A stretch of DNA of 63,980 bases, filler included, from Peribolospora baueri (GCA_029717555.1; 8 parts of 8 records of this genome joined end to end with filler, not necessarily neighbours in it), one strand, 5' to 3'; positions 47,862 to 61,508 are shown, counted from the whole stretch's first letter. A program made the numbers and translations. The notes: generated by a model from the letters alone, not told the origin.

Positions 47862-48905
47862 TTAGGCGTGAGTAGGGGTGACTCCTCCGTCTTCTTCCTC
47901 CATCTCCTTCTCCAAGCCTTGAGCCTGCTGGCTCTTGCTCTCCTGGTCCTTCTCCTTCTGGCCCCCCTTCTCCTTCTGGCCCACCTCCGCCTTGGTGAGG
48001 AGCCAAGCCTTGAAGAGTGTCCTTGACTCCTCACTCCCGGAGGTCCGGATCTCATATTCCATCCGTCGGCGCCATTTGGCAAGGACGGCTTGGCGGAGAT
48101 CCTCAGATGGGGTGGGTGTGCGTGGGATGGTGGGGTCGTAGTCATCTCGGATCTTCATACCAATTTCTGTCATCCTTTTGCAGAAGGCCTGGTCGTAGAA
48201 TTCCTCGACGATGAACTCGCAAATGTCAGCCGTTGGGAAGGAGATGTTGCGGACCTGGGAGAGGCGGATATGGACGGCAGCGAGTTCCTTCTTGAGCAAA
48301 CCGAGAGGCTGCTTCCCGAAGCCCTGGACATAGACGATCCGGAGGCGTGTGTCTATCTCATAAGGTTGGGCCTGGCGGTTGGTATGTTTGTTTCGGAAGG
48401 CCGGTATGCGAAGGCGTTGAAGAGCGAGGAGATAGCGGGGGACATGGGTCGGGTTATGGCGTTGGAGAACTTGGGCATATGTTGTAGTGGTACCATCCGA
48501 TGGGGGTGCTGTTCCGAGTCGAGGGAAGTTGTGATCATCCATTGGGGTCATGGTAGGTGGCTGGTATTGTAGCTGTGGGGCGGGCGGTTGCTCTATCCTT
48601 GTCGGCTGTGGTGTGGGCGCTCGTTCTATCCTTATCGGCTGTGGTGTGGGCGCTTGCTCTATCCTTGTCGGCCCCCCTAGTATCTCGTCTTCCCCCATCC
48701 TGCTCTGCGAGTTGGTTTTACGCTCCAGTTCCATGATCCTGGCCAGGAGGGTCTCCTCCCGCTTCCTCCATTCCGATCTCTCATTGGCGAGTTTGGTGTC
48801 CTGTGCTTCTATCCTCTTTTCGAGTTCGTCGATGCGCTCGCTTTCCTTACAGTCCAGATGGAGGCGGTACTGAGGGCGGGTAGGGAGTTCAGATACTTCA
48901 AGCAC
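47862..48905 (-). mobile_element. LINE ORF1 (coiled coil, Pro-rich repeats, putative RNA-binding fold)
   Basis: 347-aa ORF abutting ORF2, with ERIDELEKRIEAQ, PTRIEQAPTPQ x3 and YAQVLQ. The true start is uncertain. Confidence 0.8.
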
Positions 48906-50484
48906 TCCTCTTGGACCTACTGGGTGTGGGGAGCGGAAGTGTGGTACGAGAGCTGGTACGTGCGCATCGTCGATAAGCCGGACATGACCTTATAACCCCA
49001 TCAGCAGCAGCCTGATGGAACGGTTGCCCGACCACCTTCTTAACCGCACCGGGCGTGCTGTTCCAGACTACCTCGTCCTACGCTCACTCAAGACAGCTGT
49101 TCCTGCAGGACTGGATGGCGTGTTCCCGCTCCATCACAACGACTTAGAGTGGTGCAAGCTGCTTTGGGATGACGACTACGTGCTCACCGGGTGCGTCCCG
49201 TAAAGCTACCTTTCTTATTTCTTCTTTGATCATGTCGATGGACTCTGAACTAATCGCGCTACTTTGTGCGTTTCTGTTGGAAAGCGTGATCGACTGCATA
49301 GGAAGGCGTGTACCTCTCCACGACATTGTGGGGGATTTCTATTGGCTTGGCCTGGAAGGGTACCTATTGTCGCGCCTTGGCGATCACGAGGCGCAGTACC
49401 TCAAAGCGCACCCGGACCACCCGGCCAGTGGATGGCCGACGACGATGGCGGCGCTCGCAGAAAAATATTGCGATGGAAAGGGGAGAGAGAGTTGTGGGCG
49501 GATGTCGAGCACGCAAGGGAGCTATCGGAGAGGGAGTGTGTCGCTCGAGGGAGGAAGGGGTGGCAGCGGATGGTGACAGGGCAGTTGGAAGAGGTGAAAA
49601 ACCGCCGGCTGTGGTTGACGTGTCGGCGGCGTGAGCCTGCTTTGGAAAAGTAGCCGAAGGGGAACGCAGGAGAAACTGTAACACGCGGGGTCGTTTCGGC
49701 GCTGTGATGAACGTCCGCCGATTGACGTCGTGTACGAAGTAGGTCGACAAGGGCAAGGTTGCAAGGTCAAGGACGATCAAGGTAACAAGGTATCAAGGTG
49801 AACAAGGCTAGGAGGGTCACGTGCGTCTCAGGTCGTAACTACGACACCTCTTGTCTTCTTCTGCGGCGGCTCCCAGGCTTGCACAATTAAGAAGTTGTTC
49901 GCCGTCGTTTCCCTAGCTGCGCTGAGAATAGACGCAAAGACAAGCTCACTGGTTTTAGACCGATATGAGAGTGTTCGGTCGACCCCACCGCCCGCCAAGG
50001 CCGGCCAAAACGTTACATCCTGCCTGCCCATTGTCCCACGCCACACGCAGTTATTCGCCGCGTGTAGCGCAGGATGTGTGGGCCGCAATTGTTCTGGAAG
50101 GGTTTATCCTATAATAAAATCGATAAAGCATTTGTCCGAGATGGCGCGTAGACTAGCCGACAGTCAAGTTTGTAATGGGCGTCGTCGTCAGGGCTCCCTA
50201 CCACCGCGCTGTTATCCTCGTTCTCGCCCTCACCTGCCCTCAATCTCGCTTTCATCACCTTACCACCCCGGATCGTTCTCCTCTTCGTCGACTCTGCTAG
50301 CATTTTGTTTTTATTGGCGCGGTCTTCTGGCGTCTCTGTGAGCCTCTCCGGCCGTCTTTCATTTGCCATACTCCCCTCGCCAAAAGCTCGCCGGAAACAG
50401 GCCCTAACCCTCCGCTTTCGTCCGCATCCATCGGTTCCCTTCTCGGTCCTCGATCGTCTTCCCCTCAGCTAAGGCTTGAGCAAA

Positions 50485-51522
50485 ATGGAGTCCTCTCACC
50501 AAGTCGAAGCACACTCTGGCTCTAACCAAATTCCCCTTGCGCTCCCGGCGATTTTCGAAAATCCATCCATCATGGATTTTCGTTCGGACGACCCGGCTGA
50601 GCGTGCCGCCTTCGTCCGCGAGCTGGAGACCTACGACCCACTCGCCCACCAAGTCGAGTTCGTCCATCGTACCTCAGAGCGGTGTGCAGTCTCGATCCAC
50701 GGCCAGGTTATCCTCAAGGCCACGCCGACCATCGCACCCGCCGAGCAAGGGATCATCCATTACATCAAGGCCAAGACGTCTGTTCCCGTGCCAGATACCC
50801 TTCTGACTTGGTACAGTGACAAGGCGAAACGGCATTTTATTCTCATGAAGCAGGCGAAAGGTGTCAAGCTTCATCAGAATGCAATGAACGGCGGCGTCAA
50901 GCTTCTTGACCCGAACCCGTGGACATCCATGGACGAAACATCCAAGACTGCCGTGGTGGACGAAATGTCGAACTATCTGGCAAAACTGAGGCAGTTGACC
51001 TCGCAGACCATCGGCAGTCCAGACGGCAGCCCTCTTAAGCAAGGGTGGCTCGCGGAAGAGCGACTTCTTCGCTTCAATGGCGATAATCAGGCCGATCAAT
51101 TCCTCAACCAGATGATCGTCGCGGCCGGCCTTGATGCCAAGACTGCTGCCGTTGTGAGGGAACTCCACGCTCGGCATCTCGAGAAGAACCCGGAGGATCG
51201 CACCCGCTTCGTCATGACCCACGGCGACCTCGGCCCGTACAACATTCAATTCGACAACGACTCGAAGTCCATTTCTTGCATCCTCGATTTTGAAGAAGGC
51301 GGCTTCCTACCCGCTTGGTGGGAGCGCTGCAAACTCATCACTACCCCACCCGACGCGCCCTACGATTGGATCCATATGTTGGCCGCAAGAATGCCGAGGT
51401 GCCCCGAGATGGAGGCTGCCATGGCGCTTACTCATGATCTGCCCTTAAAACTGCTGACCGACGAAGAAGCTCGAGAGATCTATCGCCAAGCCGTCCAATA
51501 TATTGGGCAAGTCGAGCAGTGA
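50485..51522 (+). CDS. Intronless aminoglycoside-phosphotransferase (APH)/kinase-like protein
   Basis: TSVPVP, HFILMKQAKG, VMTHGDLGPYNI and ILDFEEGGFLPAWWE. Confidence 0.88.
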   Translation: MESSHQVEAHSGSNQIPLALPAIFENPSIMDFRSDDPAERAAFVRELETYDPLAHQVEFVHRTSERCAVSIHGQVILKATPTIAPAEQGIIHYIKAKTSVPVPDTLLTWYSDKAKRHFILMKQAKGVKLHQNAMNGGVKLLDPNPWTSMDETSKTAVVDEMSNYLAKLRQLTSQTIGSPDGSPLKQGWLAEERLLRFNGDNQADQFLNQMIVAAGLDAKTAAVVRELHARHLEKNPEDRTRFVMTHGDLGPYNIQFDNDSKSISCILDFEEGGFLPAWWERCKLITTPPDAPYDWIHMLAARMPRCPEMEAAMALTHDLPLKLLTDEEAREIYRQAVQYIGQVEQ

Positions 51523-53048
51523 CCCATCCGCTATGCGTGGCGGGGTGTGACGTGACGATATTTGGATTTCACCGCCATCTCTCAGAGAGTTGTTACATGG
51601 GCTTCGCCGTTTCCTCTGTACAATTGTAATGAGATGTTTCCTCCGCCGAAGCTTTATTCGTACGGTATCTCCACCGCTTCCACTTACATCATGGGAGTAT
51701 GTTGAGATATAGGATGCGAAGCTGCACTTGGGACGTTGGAAGGACGGGCAAACATCCTTGCCCCATCCTCTTCAGTTCCATAGTAGAGCTCCTTATATAC
51801 ATGAAGCCTACCGTGAGGGATTGGTGAGCGTTTGTCCCAATACTAGAACAAGGCATCATAGAACAAGGGACGATCACAAAAGAACGTAGATCCAAGGAAG
51901 AGGACAAAGGGAGTTGGTGCCAACGCGTCACAGCGTGTATCCTCTTCAGAGTACAGCTTCTCGCGCAGAGGCTCTGCGATAACTTTGACGGATTTAGACT
52001 TTTGAGTATCGCTCCGTCCGTGCTGGACTGGGCTCGTCTTAAAATCTTAGCTCTAGTGACAAAGCTTGACCTGCGTCGTCTTTGCTCGCTCTCGCTCTCG
52101 CTCTCTATGTGAAAATAGGTCTGAGCGCGCAACGAAGGCCCGAAATGGGTGACGTGACCCCGATCCTCGACACCTCGCACCGCCGGCCTCAATTGTTCTC
52201 ACCAAGGGTTAACCCACAACCCGTCAACGCTCCTTACCCGTCAACTCTCCTTTGTAGTTCGCTCTACCGCGCGTGCCCCTTGCTCACTTTTGTTCTTCGG
52301 CACGCTTGGCGTCCCGTACGGTATATAAGCCGCCGGCTCGCCCGCGCCCCCCACCATTAGCAGTTAAGGAAGAAAGTCGTCTCTCTCGCGCCCCTAAGTA
52401 TCGCAACACTTTCGTCCCACCTTTCTCACTTCTTTTGCCTTGCCTTTGCGAGCGTCATGAGTATCGGAATCCACCCTCCCCTCGTGAACGGGTGGAGTTG
52501 TAACAGATGCGGCTATAACAACATTACCTATATAAAAAAATGTGAGACACCTTTTCATGAGAAGATAGTATGATATTGGTGGACTAATCAGGCAGTTTTC
52601 GTGGAAACTTATGCAGGTCATAACCCTAACCGGCCGGATTGCAAGGGGGTGCGCCCTTTCAGACACCAGGTGAGCTACGGTTGCCCGGAATCTGAGAATG
52701 GCAATCTTGGCCGGGCCTCTGGAGAACAGCTGACAGGCATTCTCTCCTGGCCTCCAGAACAGCCTCACTGAGAGCGAGGTCGAGGCCGGTAGCTCGTAAC
52801 TGCCACCTAGCACTTTTACTTCGAAGAATCATGGAAGCAAGCTCACTCATCTTCACAGTCCCGGCGCCGCCTGACCGGACTTGAGCAACGTGGCAAGGTC
52901 ATACCTTCGAGTGCTGGTCCTTCACCACTGTGCTTCGTCGTCTCCAAACGTCTCTTCTGATGTTCTCCGTGATGATTGGTATCCATGTATGTTCTCTCGC
53001 CTTGACTCTGATGCTTCAAAGCTATTCAAGGACCCTCCTCCAGCTCTG

Positions 53049-53154
53049 TTAGGGTTAGGGTTAGGGTTAGGGTTAGGGTTAGGGTTAGGGTTAGGGTTAG
53101 GGTTAGGGTTAGGGTTAGGGTTAGGGTTAGGGTTAGGGTTAGGGTTAGGGTTAG
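53049..53154. repeat. Telomere (TTAGGG)n, ~17 units, at contig end
   Basis: Perfect hexamer array at the contig terminus. Confidence 0.97.
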
Positions 53155-54001
53155 NNNNNNNNNNNNNNNNNNNNNNNNNNNNNNNNNNNNNNNNNNNNTT
53201 AATTAATTAANNNNNNNNNNNNNNNNNNNNNNNNNNNNNNNNNNNNNNNNNNNNGTGAGCGCAGCTTGCTTCTCATTTCGTTGTTTTTTCTTTTATTTTC
53301 AGCTTCATCTGCCTGTCGTTCTGTCTTCGCCTTGTGCATCGCTCGCTTCCGTCCGGCTGACCCGGAACGCGGGGTCCGCTCCGCGACGGAAGCACCAAGC
53401 GGAGGCACAACAGAGGCACCGGCGGGGGCGGCATCGGGCGGGGCCCGTCGTTGGGGATTTCCCCAGACGCCGGGCCGGCGATGGCCGGGGTGGAGGATGA
53501 GGATGATGGAGCATGTGTCGAGGGGAGTGCCAAGTTGATAGACGACGACGCGGGGAGCGAGGAGGCGAGCGCCGGGTTGAGATGAGTGGCATGGATGATA
53601 CAAAAAGAAAAAAGCTGCCGAGTCGACTGGCGCCGGACGCGGCTCGCGTGGTCGCCTTGGCCTTGGCTCGGCGCGGTGGCCGACGTCGCACACAAGATGA
53701 TGATCGCGATCACGGCGGAAACGACGGCGACGGCGAGGGTCGCACGAGATAAGGCGAGCATAGACAGGCAAAGGGAGGCACAGGCTAGCGTCATCATCTG
53801 TCATTCACCGTCTGTCATTCACTTCTTACTCTCCATCATCCATCATCCATCATCCATCCAAAGTCTCCACCTCCATCCGTTTCCACCCCTCCGTCTAGGA
53901 GAAGTCGCGCGTGACTTGGACCCCTTCCCCAACTCTCTCTCGACACACAACGCAGACAGACAACAGAACACACCACACACCACACCACACCACACCCGAC
54001 C

Positions 54002-54965
54002 ATGGGCTCGAAAGAAGGCTTGACCGACCAGGCCGCCCCCGCCCCCGCCCCCGCGCCCGTCCAGGTGATCGGTACCCCTTTCGTGCGTACCCCGCCCCTC
54101 GTATATCCATCCGTGCCATCATCATCATCCTCGTCCGCGCTGGGCTGGGCTGGGGTTGAAAGATAGAAAGACCGTCGACGTACTACTCGAAATGTGTTTC
54201 CGTGACGTGTCGTAACATGCTCAACATCCCTCGCCCTGCCCCCGCCCCCACACCCCCCCCATCTAGTCCACCTTCACGCGCACCATCACCCTCGCCCTCC
54301 ACCAGCTCGGCGTGCCCTTCGTCCAACGCGTCTGCTTGCCCCACTCCGACCTCGCCAACCAGCACTCCCCCTTCGGTCTCCTCCCCGCCCTCATCCACCA
54401 CCGTCCCGCTTCTGCCTCTCTGACGCTATGGGAGAGTCCCGCCATCGCCCGCTACATCGACGTCGTCTTCGACGGCGCGACCCACTTCAGACCCCCGCCT
54501 TCCGACGTGCTCGGAAACGTGCGCACGGATCAGTGGATAAACCTGGCTAGCACTAGCGCATTCCCCATCCTCGAGCACCGCGTCATCAAGCCCCGACTGG
54601 CCATGGAGGCCGAGGCCGAGGCGGCCGACGGCGACGGCGACGGCGACGGGGGCGCGAGCGAAGACCACATCCGCGCCAAGCTCGCGCCTGCCCTCGACGA
54701 CGCCCGACGCTTTCTCGCCACCTTGGAGGCCCACAGACCGCTCCGAGACGCCGACTACGTCCTCGGCGACCAACCTGGCTGGGCCGACTGGTTCCTCTAC
54801 TCTCCTCTAGCAGACTTTCGAGCTATTCCCGAAGGTGAATGTGTAAGAACCGGCGGCGAGTTTGCCTGGATCACCCACTGGCTCGATCGGATGGAGGCGA
54901 GGGACAACGTGAAGAAGACGTTCGACGGCACACTCGCCAGTCAACGCCCGCGCCATAACATGTAG
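54002..54965 (+). CDS. Glutathione S-transferase
   Basis: Exon 1 (54002-54082) and exon 2 (54267-54965) give GTPF/STFTRTI, SPFGLLPAL, LWESPAIARYID and YVLGDQPGWADW. Confidence 0.88.
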
Positions 54966-55217
54966 CTTTCCGCGTACCGTCAACCGATGCCGTCCCGTAC
55001 CCCTAGTCACTTCGCTTCTTCGTCCAATCACCATCATGCTGCTGTTGCAACCGCTGGAATGCTCCATATCGAAGTGCTCGATAGATTTTACAAGGATGAA
55101 GGAGAAGGAGGTGCGCATGTGGGCCTAGAGAATGAGACAGCAAGCATGAAAGTCCGAGACGTTTACTGGACAACCGACGGCGTCGTGCGTCAGTCAGCCG
55201 ATGGTCCAAACACCGCG

Positions 55218-55971
55218 TCATGACATGTCATCCCGACTCACCTCCTTCATCTCGACGTCACCCTCCTCCTTCTTCGCGCTCGGGTTCTTCCGCGTCAAAA
55301 TCGCCTTGCGGTCCTTGTCCAGCTTGAGCTTGGTGATGACGACGTTGGACGGGTGGACGGGCACCGGCACGGTAGCACCGTTCGTCTTCTCGCGCGACAC
55401 ACGGTCAACGTGGATGACATATTTCTGGGAGATGAAAAGAACATGAGCCGAGGCCAACGTGAGCCAGACCGGTCCACCACCGATGGCCCAAAACCCACGA
55501 CGACGCACCTTCCTGTAGACCTGAGTCACCCGACCCTCGCGGCCCTTGTTGGAGCCGCGGACGATGAGTACCTCGTCGTCCTTGCGGATGGGCATGGAGC
55601 GAACCTGTATAAACGTAAATTCCGTCACCATTATGAGCTCCTCTTCTTTTCGTCTCCTCACCCCCGCTTCGCTCCTCGCCCGCCCCCATGCCAGCTAAAC
55701 CGGACGAACGTCGCACAGTCCCCTCTTTCGGCCCGGACCCGTTTTTGTCCACCGTCGGGCTTCTAGTCACCGTCCACCACTCCTCCCTTCCATGACGTCC
55801 CACCCCACCAAATCCGAATCCCAAGCATTCGCATCTCTATCTCGGTCGGTTGCCCACCTTGTGCTGGCCACGGAGCTCCTTGCTGAGGCTGCTGCTCATA
55901 ATCTTGCGCCTCACGCTCGAGGGCGCGGCAAAGTGCGCCTTGCGCTGGGCACGCCTGGACACGGTGGCCAT
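55218..55971 (-). CDS. RPL26: 60S ribosomal protein L26 (uL24), multi-exon; last exon uncertain
   Basis: [30 protein letters not shown] / [24 protein letters not shown] / [38 protein letters not shown]. Confidence 0.96.
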
Positions 55972-58129
55972 CTTGATGGGATGGATTTTCTTGAGGGTGA
56001 GGAGGGGGGCGGGGTGAGAGGATATCTGGTTATCTTCTTCGAGATGGCCCTTCCAAGACCGCGCCGTAGACCTCGACCGCCGCGGCCGGACGGTTCGCTG
56101 CTGCGACCCGTGGGAATGTATACGTGCATCTATACATATAATAACCCTAACTAAGTCACGGAAGGAACGACGCGTGCGTCTGCCATGATCGGTGGACGCA
56201 TCTCGATGACCATGGAGATCGGCAGCAATAGCGAGCGAGGAAAGTACGACAACAGCGAGTGCAGTGCGACAGCGAGAGCGCCGAATTAAGAGGTCGGAGT
56301 GAGGCTCTGAAAGCTGAGAAGGACGGACCGGTGCAACCGCCGAGAAAGGCAAAGATTGGCGCTTTCCAACCGTTGGCCCCACATAACGTTCCGACACACT
56401 CCTTTTCCCCGCCATGCCTACTCTTCAGACGCTCCTTATCTTTTCATCTTTCTCCCCGGCTGCCTTCCTACGCCGCCGCACCACGTCCTCTCGTCTGTCC
56501 GCCCCTCTATCTCAAGTGCCCGGGACGACGCTTTTCCGGGGAGGGGGGGGGGATGCGATGTGACCGGCCACTCTGTCCCTTGTTGCCCACGCTGGCCACC
56601 CATCACCGAGGAATATCATCTCTTTGCTACTATTCAGCTCGTTGAGCACCATTACAACAGTTTTCACACGATGTCTTTCAAGTCTCGAGAAGCATCGAGG
56701 CACGATCAGGCAGAAGGAATAGAAAATACAAGTTTTGGGGCACAGTCGTCTGCCACTCCAATTCCTCTCTGACGAGGCCATCTCTTTGATCGCTTTGGGT
56801 TGTATTGCGACAGAAACCTTCCGCTGAAAAGCGCCAGTTCCTTATTTCTTGCACCTGTGTATCAGTGTGTCGCCCATGTCAATGATCGCGCCACAGTACG
56901 GGCACCTCCCAATTCTTGAAAAGCCGCCTCTCGATCTGTGAATTCGATGTATGCAATTGAAAGATAAATGGAAAATAAGTTTTGAAGGCTACGTAGGCAT
57001 TACGGCGATTGAAGCGAGTAGCATTTTCCACCGTTGACAAGAGACCGAGTTCAACTCACCATCTGGACGGCGCTTAGCTGGCCCTCCGGAGCCTTGGTGT
57101 GCTCTGCTTGGTCAAGGACATGCTGAAGGTGGAGAAGAGAGTTCTCGGCTCAGAAAAAGACTGGGCAAAGAGGGCTGGGCGGGATGGAGGGATGGTGAGC
57201 GAAGAGGTGTACTCTGCATATAATGCCTTTTTTTCCCCCTCCCCACCGACATCTTTCTTTGCTCCGTCCTCCTCATCACCAGCGACTTTGGCAAAGCCAG
57301 GGCAGAGAAGTACGTAGTACGGAGCTGTGCCGACCCAAGCTCGGACCTCCCCGCGCAAAGGCACTCGTACATCCAACCTTGTTCGTCCGACTGTGCGCCT
57401 CTCTCCACGGTGCTTGCGACAGGAACGACATGGCGGCACCAACTCGATGCTGTCATTTCTTTTAACATTATGGGCGGTAGTTAACTTGGTCCTTATCGAC
57501 AAGGTTTCGTTTGTTTTGGGGTCACAGGCGACTCGTTTGGTTGCCCATAAGTCCCCCGATCGCGCCTTAAAATTGAAAAATGGTTCTCGACTCGAAAATC
57601 TTGGCTTCGGCAGACAGCACCTGTCTGTCTGCAGACCAGCCCATCTGAGCTTTCCTGTTCGGAAGTGGGCGAAATATTAAGTTTTTTTTCAGAATGAGCT
57701 GACTCGGTTTCCTGCCCAGCGTCGGCCTGGTCCTGCCTTTGTTTGTCCTTGTCGGGCCGCGTGACCTCTCAGACGGAGGACGTGGCCTTGCCATACATAA
57801 CTCGACCACGAGGTGGGCCTCGTGTCAGTCTTCCTCTCTCCCTCTCCCCCTTTTTTCTCTTCTCCTTGTCCTTGTCCTTCTCGAAGCCGCCACCACCAGC
57901 ACCAACTCGCTCGCCGTTTTGGGTACCCTTCCAACCTCACTCTCTTTCGCGAAAACACGGCAGCGCAACCGTAAGTCTGCTGCTGCATGCGCTTTCATCT
58001 GCACTTCCGTTTGCCCTTTGCTCAACCAAACCTCGTCGTGCTGCTTCGCGGCCTATTCTCTCGTGTCGCTCTCGGTCTCATACACAAACTTGTTCTGCCA
58101 TGCCTTGCTCTCCACGGCAGCCGGAAACT

Positions 58130-58903
58130 GCAATGGAGGGCGGCAGCTGGCCAGCCGAGCTGAGCCCGGGCGACGAGGTTTACTTGAATTACAGTGCAAG
58201 GGCCGTTTCCGTGGTCGGCGGTCAGGTTTTACGGAAAATACGACCATTCCAGTGCCAGGGGTATATCGCCTTGGAACGGTCGGTGGGCGCTACGAATTCA
58301 TGTACCTGGAGAAGATGGAGGGAACTCCGCTCTCGGACGATGACGACGCCGTGATTGACGACAACCTCGTCGCCCAAATACTAGCCTTTCGGGAGCAACT
58401 GCGCTCGTTCAAGAGCGACGTGATTCGAGGCTTTGGTCCGGAGCAGAAGCTGACGCACCCGCGGGTCATATGCCTGGGCATTCGTCCCCCTGTCGAACCG
58501 TGTGCATCGGTTGTGGAGTACCTCATCCGGCGTCTTGGGGTCATTGAAAGGCCGCACGTCGAACCGTTGGACCGGCTCATTCGTCATTTGGAATCGGGCG
58601 CCGTTCAGATCGAGCCATGCGACATCGTTCTGTGCCCCGGCGATTTTTCGGCGTGCAATGCAACATCCTTGCCAAGGACGGCAAAGTGACGGCTTTGTTG
58701 GACTGGGAATACGCGGGATTCTAACCGGAGTACCACGAAGACTATTACGCCTACAAGAACGAGCCTCTGCATTACTTGGTGTACAGCGACGCTTGGCGAG
58801 CCAAGTTTCCTACCATAGCCAAGATTGAAGATTGTATCCGTATGGCAGTCCATGAGGACGAAGAGGGAATCTCCAAGTTCATAGAATCTAATTTCGACCT
58901 TTG
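58130..58903 (+). pseudogene. Degenerate APH/kinase-like gene
   Basis: TTIPVPGVY and YLEKMEG, then CPGDF in place of HGD. A frameshift precedes LLDWEYAGF, and an in-frame TAA follows it. Confidence 0.75.
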
Positions 58904-59586
58904 AGGATTAGGATTAGGATTAGGATGAGGATGAGGATGATGATACGCAAGGTAGCGTAGCTGGAAGCTGTGTTGAAGGTATGAATGTCACGGGGCTCGT
59001 GCCCGAGGTCGCCACCCTCCTCGCTCGGGTTATGGTTTTGTCACGACCTCTCTGTTTCCGCGTGGGTCTACTTTCTCTGGGCGGACTCAGGTGGAAGGTG
59101 AAGGAAGGATGAGAGAAGAGTACGGAAGACGGGACACAAGAGCCGGGTGGGGTCGTTGGCTGAGTGCTTGATTATCTATCTTATCTTATCTTCCGCCCGC
59201 AGCACGTGGATGCTTTGCGCCGAGCCGTCTTCGCCGGGTGCGAGTGGACCGGCCCGACGGGCGGACCGGCCGGAGGAGACGACGAGAAGGAAATCGGGAT
59301 GGCTATCAGGGCATCCGTACGATTGCAATCTATCTCATGCCAGCAGCAACTTTGAAAAAGGCCTGCTGTTCTGCACGGCCCGAGTCGGATTCTATGCGAC
59401 TTACGGCCGTACAACGTGTGGAGTTGCGGGGTGGGCTGGCAACGGAAGGAGCGCCAACCGGTGCCGGCATGAGACAGCCCGATGGCGAGGAAGATGGCAT
59501 CTATTTAATCAGCAGAAACAAATCAGAAGGGCTTCTTCTCTCTTCGTCTTCCAGCCCTTCCCCTTCCATTCCCATCCGAACGAACC

Positions 59587-61508
59587 ATGTCCTCCACTGC
59601 CATTCCGCCCACACAGACTCGCATCGTCCTCAACTACCGCCCCAAGGACGAGATCGACACCTCATACGGCAATGCCACCTCCACGTTCCGCATCGAGAAG
59701 GATGCGCGCGTGCCGTCAAACGAGAAGGAATTGAAGGAAGGCGAAGTGCTCGTCAAAGTCGAGTACATCAGCCTCGATCCCGCTATGAGAGGCTGGTTGA
59801 GGGACGTGAGGAGGTGAGCCTCTTGCAATCCTTCTTCCATCTTTGTCTTCCTTCCCTGCATGAGCTCTGCATCAGGGAACGAGCTGTTCCCATTCGCAGC
59901 AAAGGCCCACTATCCGATGAATAACCATGGACCCATTCGATTTGCCATTTGCCTCTCCTTCCTTCCATTGCTCAACATGGTGCACAATCACTAGCTACTT
60001 ACCCCCAGTGGGCATCAACGAGGTGATGCGAGCTAGCGGACTGGGCGAGGTTGTTCTTTCCACGTTCCCCGGTCTTCAGCCCGGTGACAAAGTGCAGGCT
60101 CCGGTCGGGTGGCAGCAATGGGCCGTACTGAAAGGAAAGGACTGCGTAAAGCGGACGTGCGTCTTCCTTTTCCTTTTGCGCTCTCTCTATCGCCCCGTTG
60201 CTGGGGCTTGCCTTTCCCACTCAGTGACACCGCTTTCTATTCTTGCTAGCTCATTTCGGTATTCATCCATCCCTACCCTCACCACTGGTTTTTATTCCAA
60301 TGCGATTACCTTCACAGCCCGCCTCCACAACTTTCCCTGCTCGACTATCTGGGTCCTCTCGGCATGGTTGGCCAAACCGCCTACTGGGGGCTTTTCGACG
60401 TGGGCCAGGTCAAACCGGGGGACACGGTCGTCGTCAGCGGCGCCGCAGGTGCGGTCGGGAGCTACGTCGTACAGATGGCCAAGATTAAGGAGGCTAGAGG
60501 TAAGTAGACGAGCGAGTGGGTGAGAAACTGTCGGACAGGACGAGTGCTGCTGATCGCTGATCACCGGGCCTACACCTCACCCGTCGGATCCGTCGGCCTA
60601 TATTGTACTCGATGGCGCCCATCAACCTCTGCGAATCAGTCATCGCCCTAGCAGGTTCAGCGGAGAAGTGTGCCTGGCTCACTTCCTCACTAGGCGCCGA
60701 CGTTGCTCTGAACTACAAGGATGCTGACTTCAAGGCTCAGTTCAGAAAGGCCGTCGGCTATTTGGACGTCTACTTTGACAACGTGAGTTTCTCCCCACTT
60801 TGCCCACGGCCGTTCTTCAGTCTCTTCTTTATATCTTTCATACAAGTCAAACTGATCGTCGGGCGATAAAAACAGGTGGGCGGAGAGACCCTTGACCTAG
60901 CCTTGACCTGCCTCAAGCAAGGCGCGCGCATTGCCCTCTGCGGCGCCATCTCGGACTACAACAAGTCGCACCTGTCCGGGATCAAGAACTACCAGACGCT
61001 CATCGGCATGAGAGGAAGGATGCAAGGTTTCCTTGTGTGAGTAGAAATCTCTGGAGTAGATGTCGTGAGCGAGGTCAACTGGTTGCGCTGGCGGTCGTGC
61101 GCCACGTCGCACGAATGAAAGCTCGACAGCGGGCCAGCCTAACGGGTGCGCGAAGGGAGCGAGAAAGGGTGGAGTGGTGAAGGGGTCTGCTGTTGCTTCT
61201 GGAGGATGAGGGTGGCCGATTGTGTCAGCGTCTCGTAAACAGCCTCGAACATTGAACTGTCTTTTCCTGCTCCTTTCCTCCCCATCGACTCACCTCAACC
61301 CGCCTCTTCTCGTGCCGCTTTGTCCCGCGACATCAGCTTCGACTACCGCGATCGCTACCATGAGGCGGAGGCCCAGATGGCCAAGTGGATCGTGGAGGGC
61401 AAGATGCAGCGCAAGTTTGATGTCCGCGAGGGCATCGAGCGCTGTCCCGAGTACCTCACCGGGCTCTTCTCGGGCTCCAACACGGGCAAGCTTGTTGTAA
61501 AGGTGTAG
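59587..61508 (+). CDS. NADP-dependent MDR-family oxidoreductase (prostaglandin reductase / alkenal reductase-like), multi-exon
   Basis: YISLDPAMRGW, GMVGQTAYWGL, VSGAAGAVGS, YFDNVGGE, RIALCGAISDYN and NTGKLVVKV. Confidence 0.92.

Noticed and set aside
49015..49576. Protein-like short ORFs upstream of the LINE
   Set aside because: Possibly a gene fragment, but no family could be recognised.
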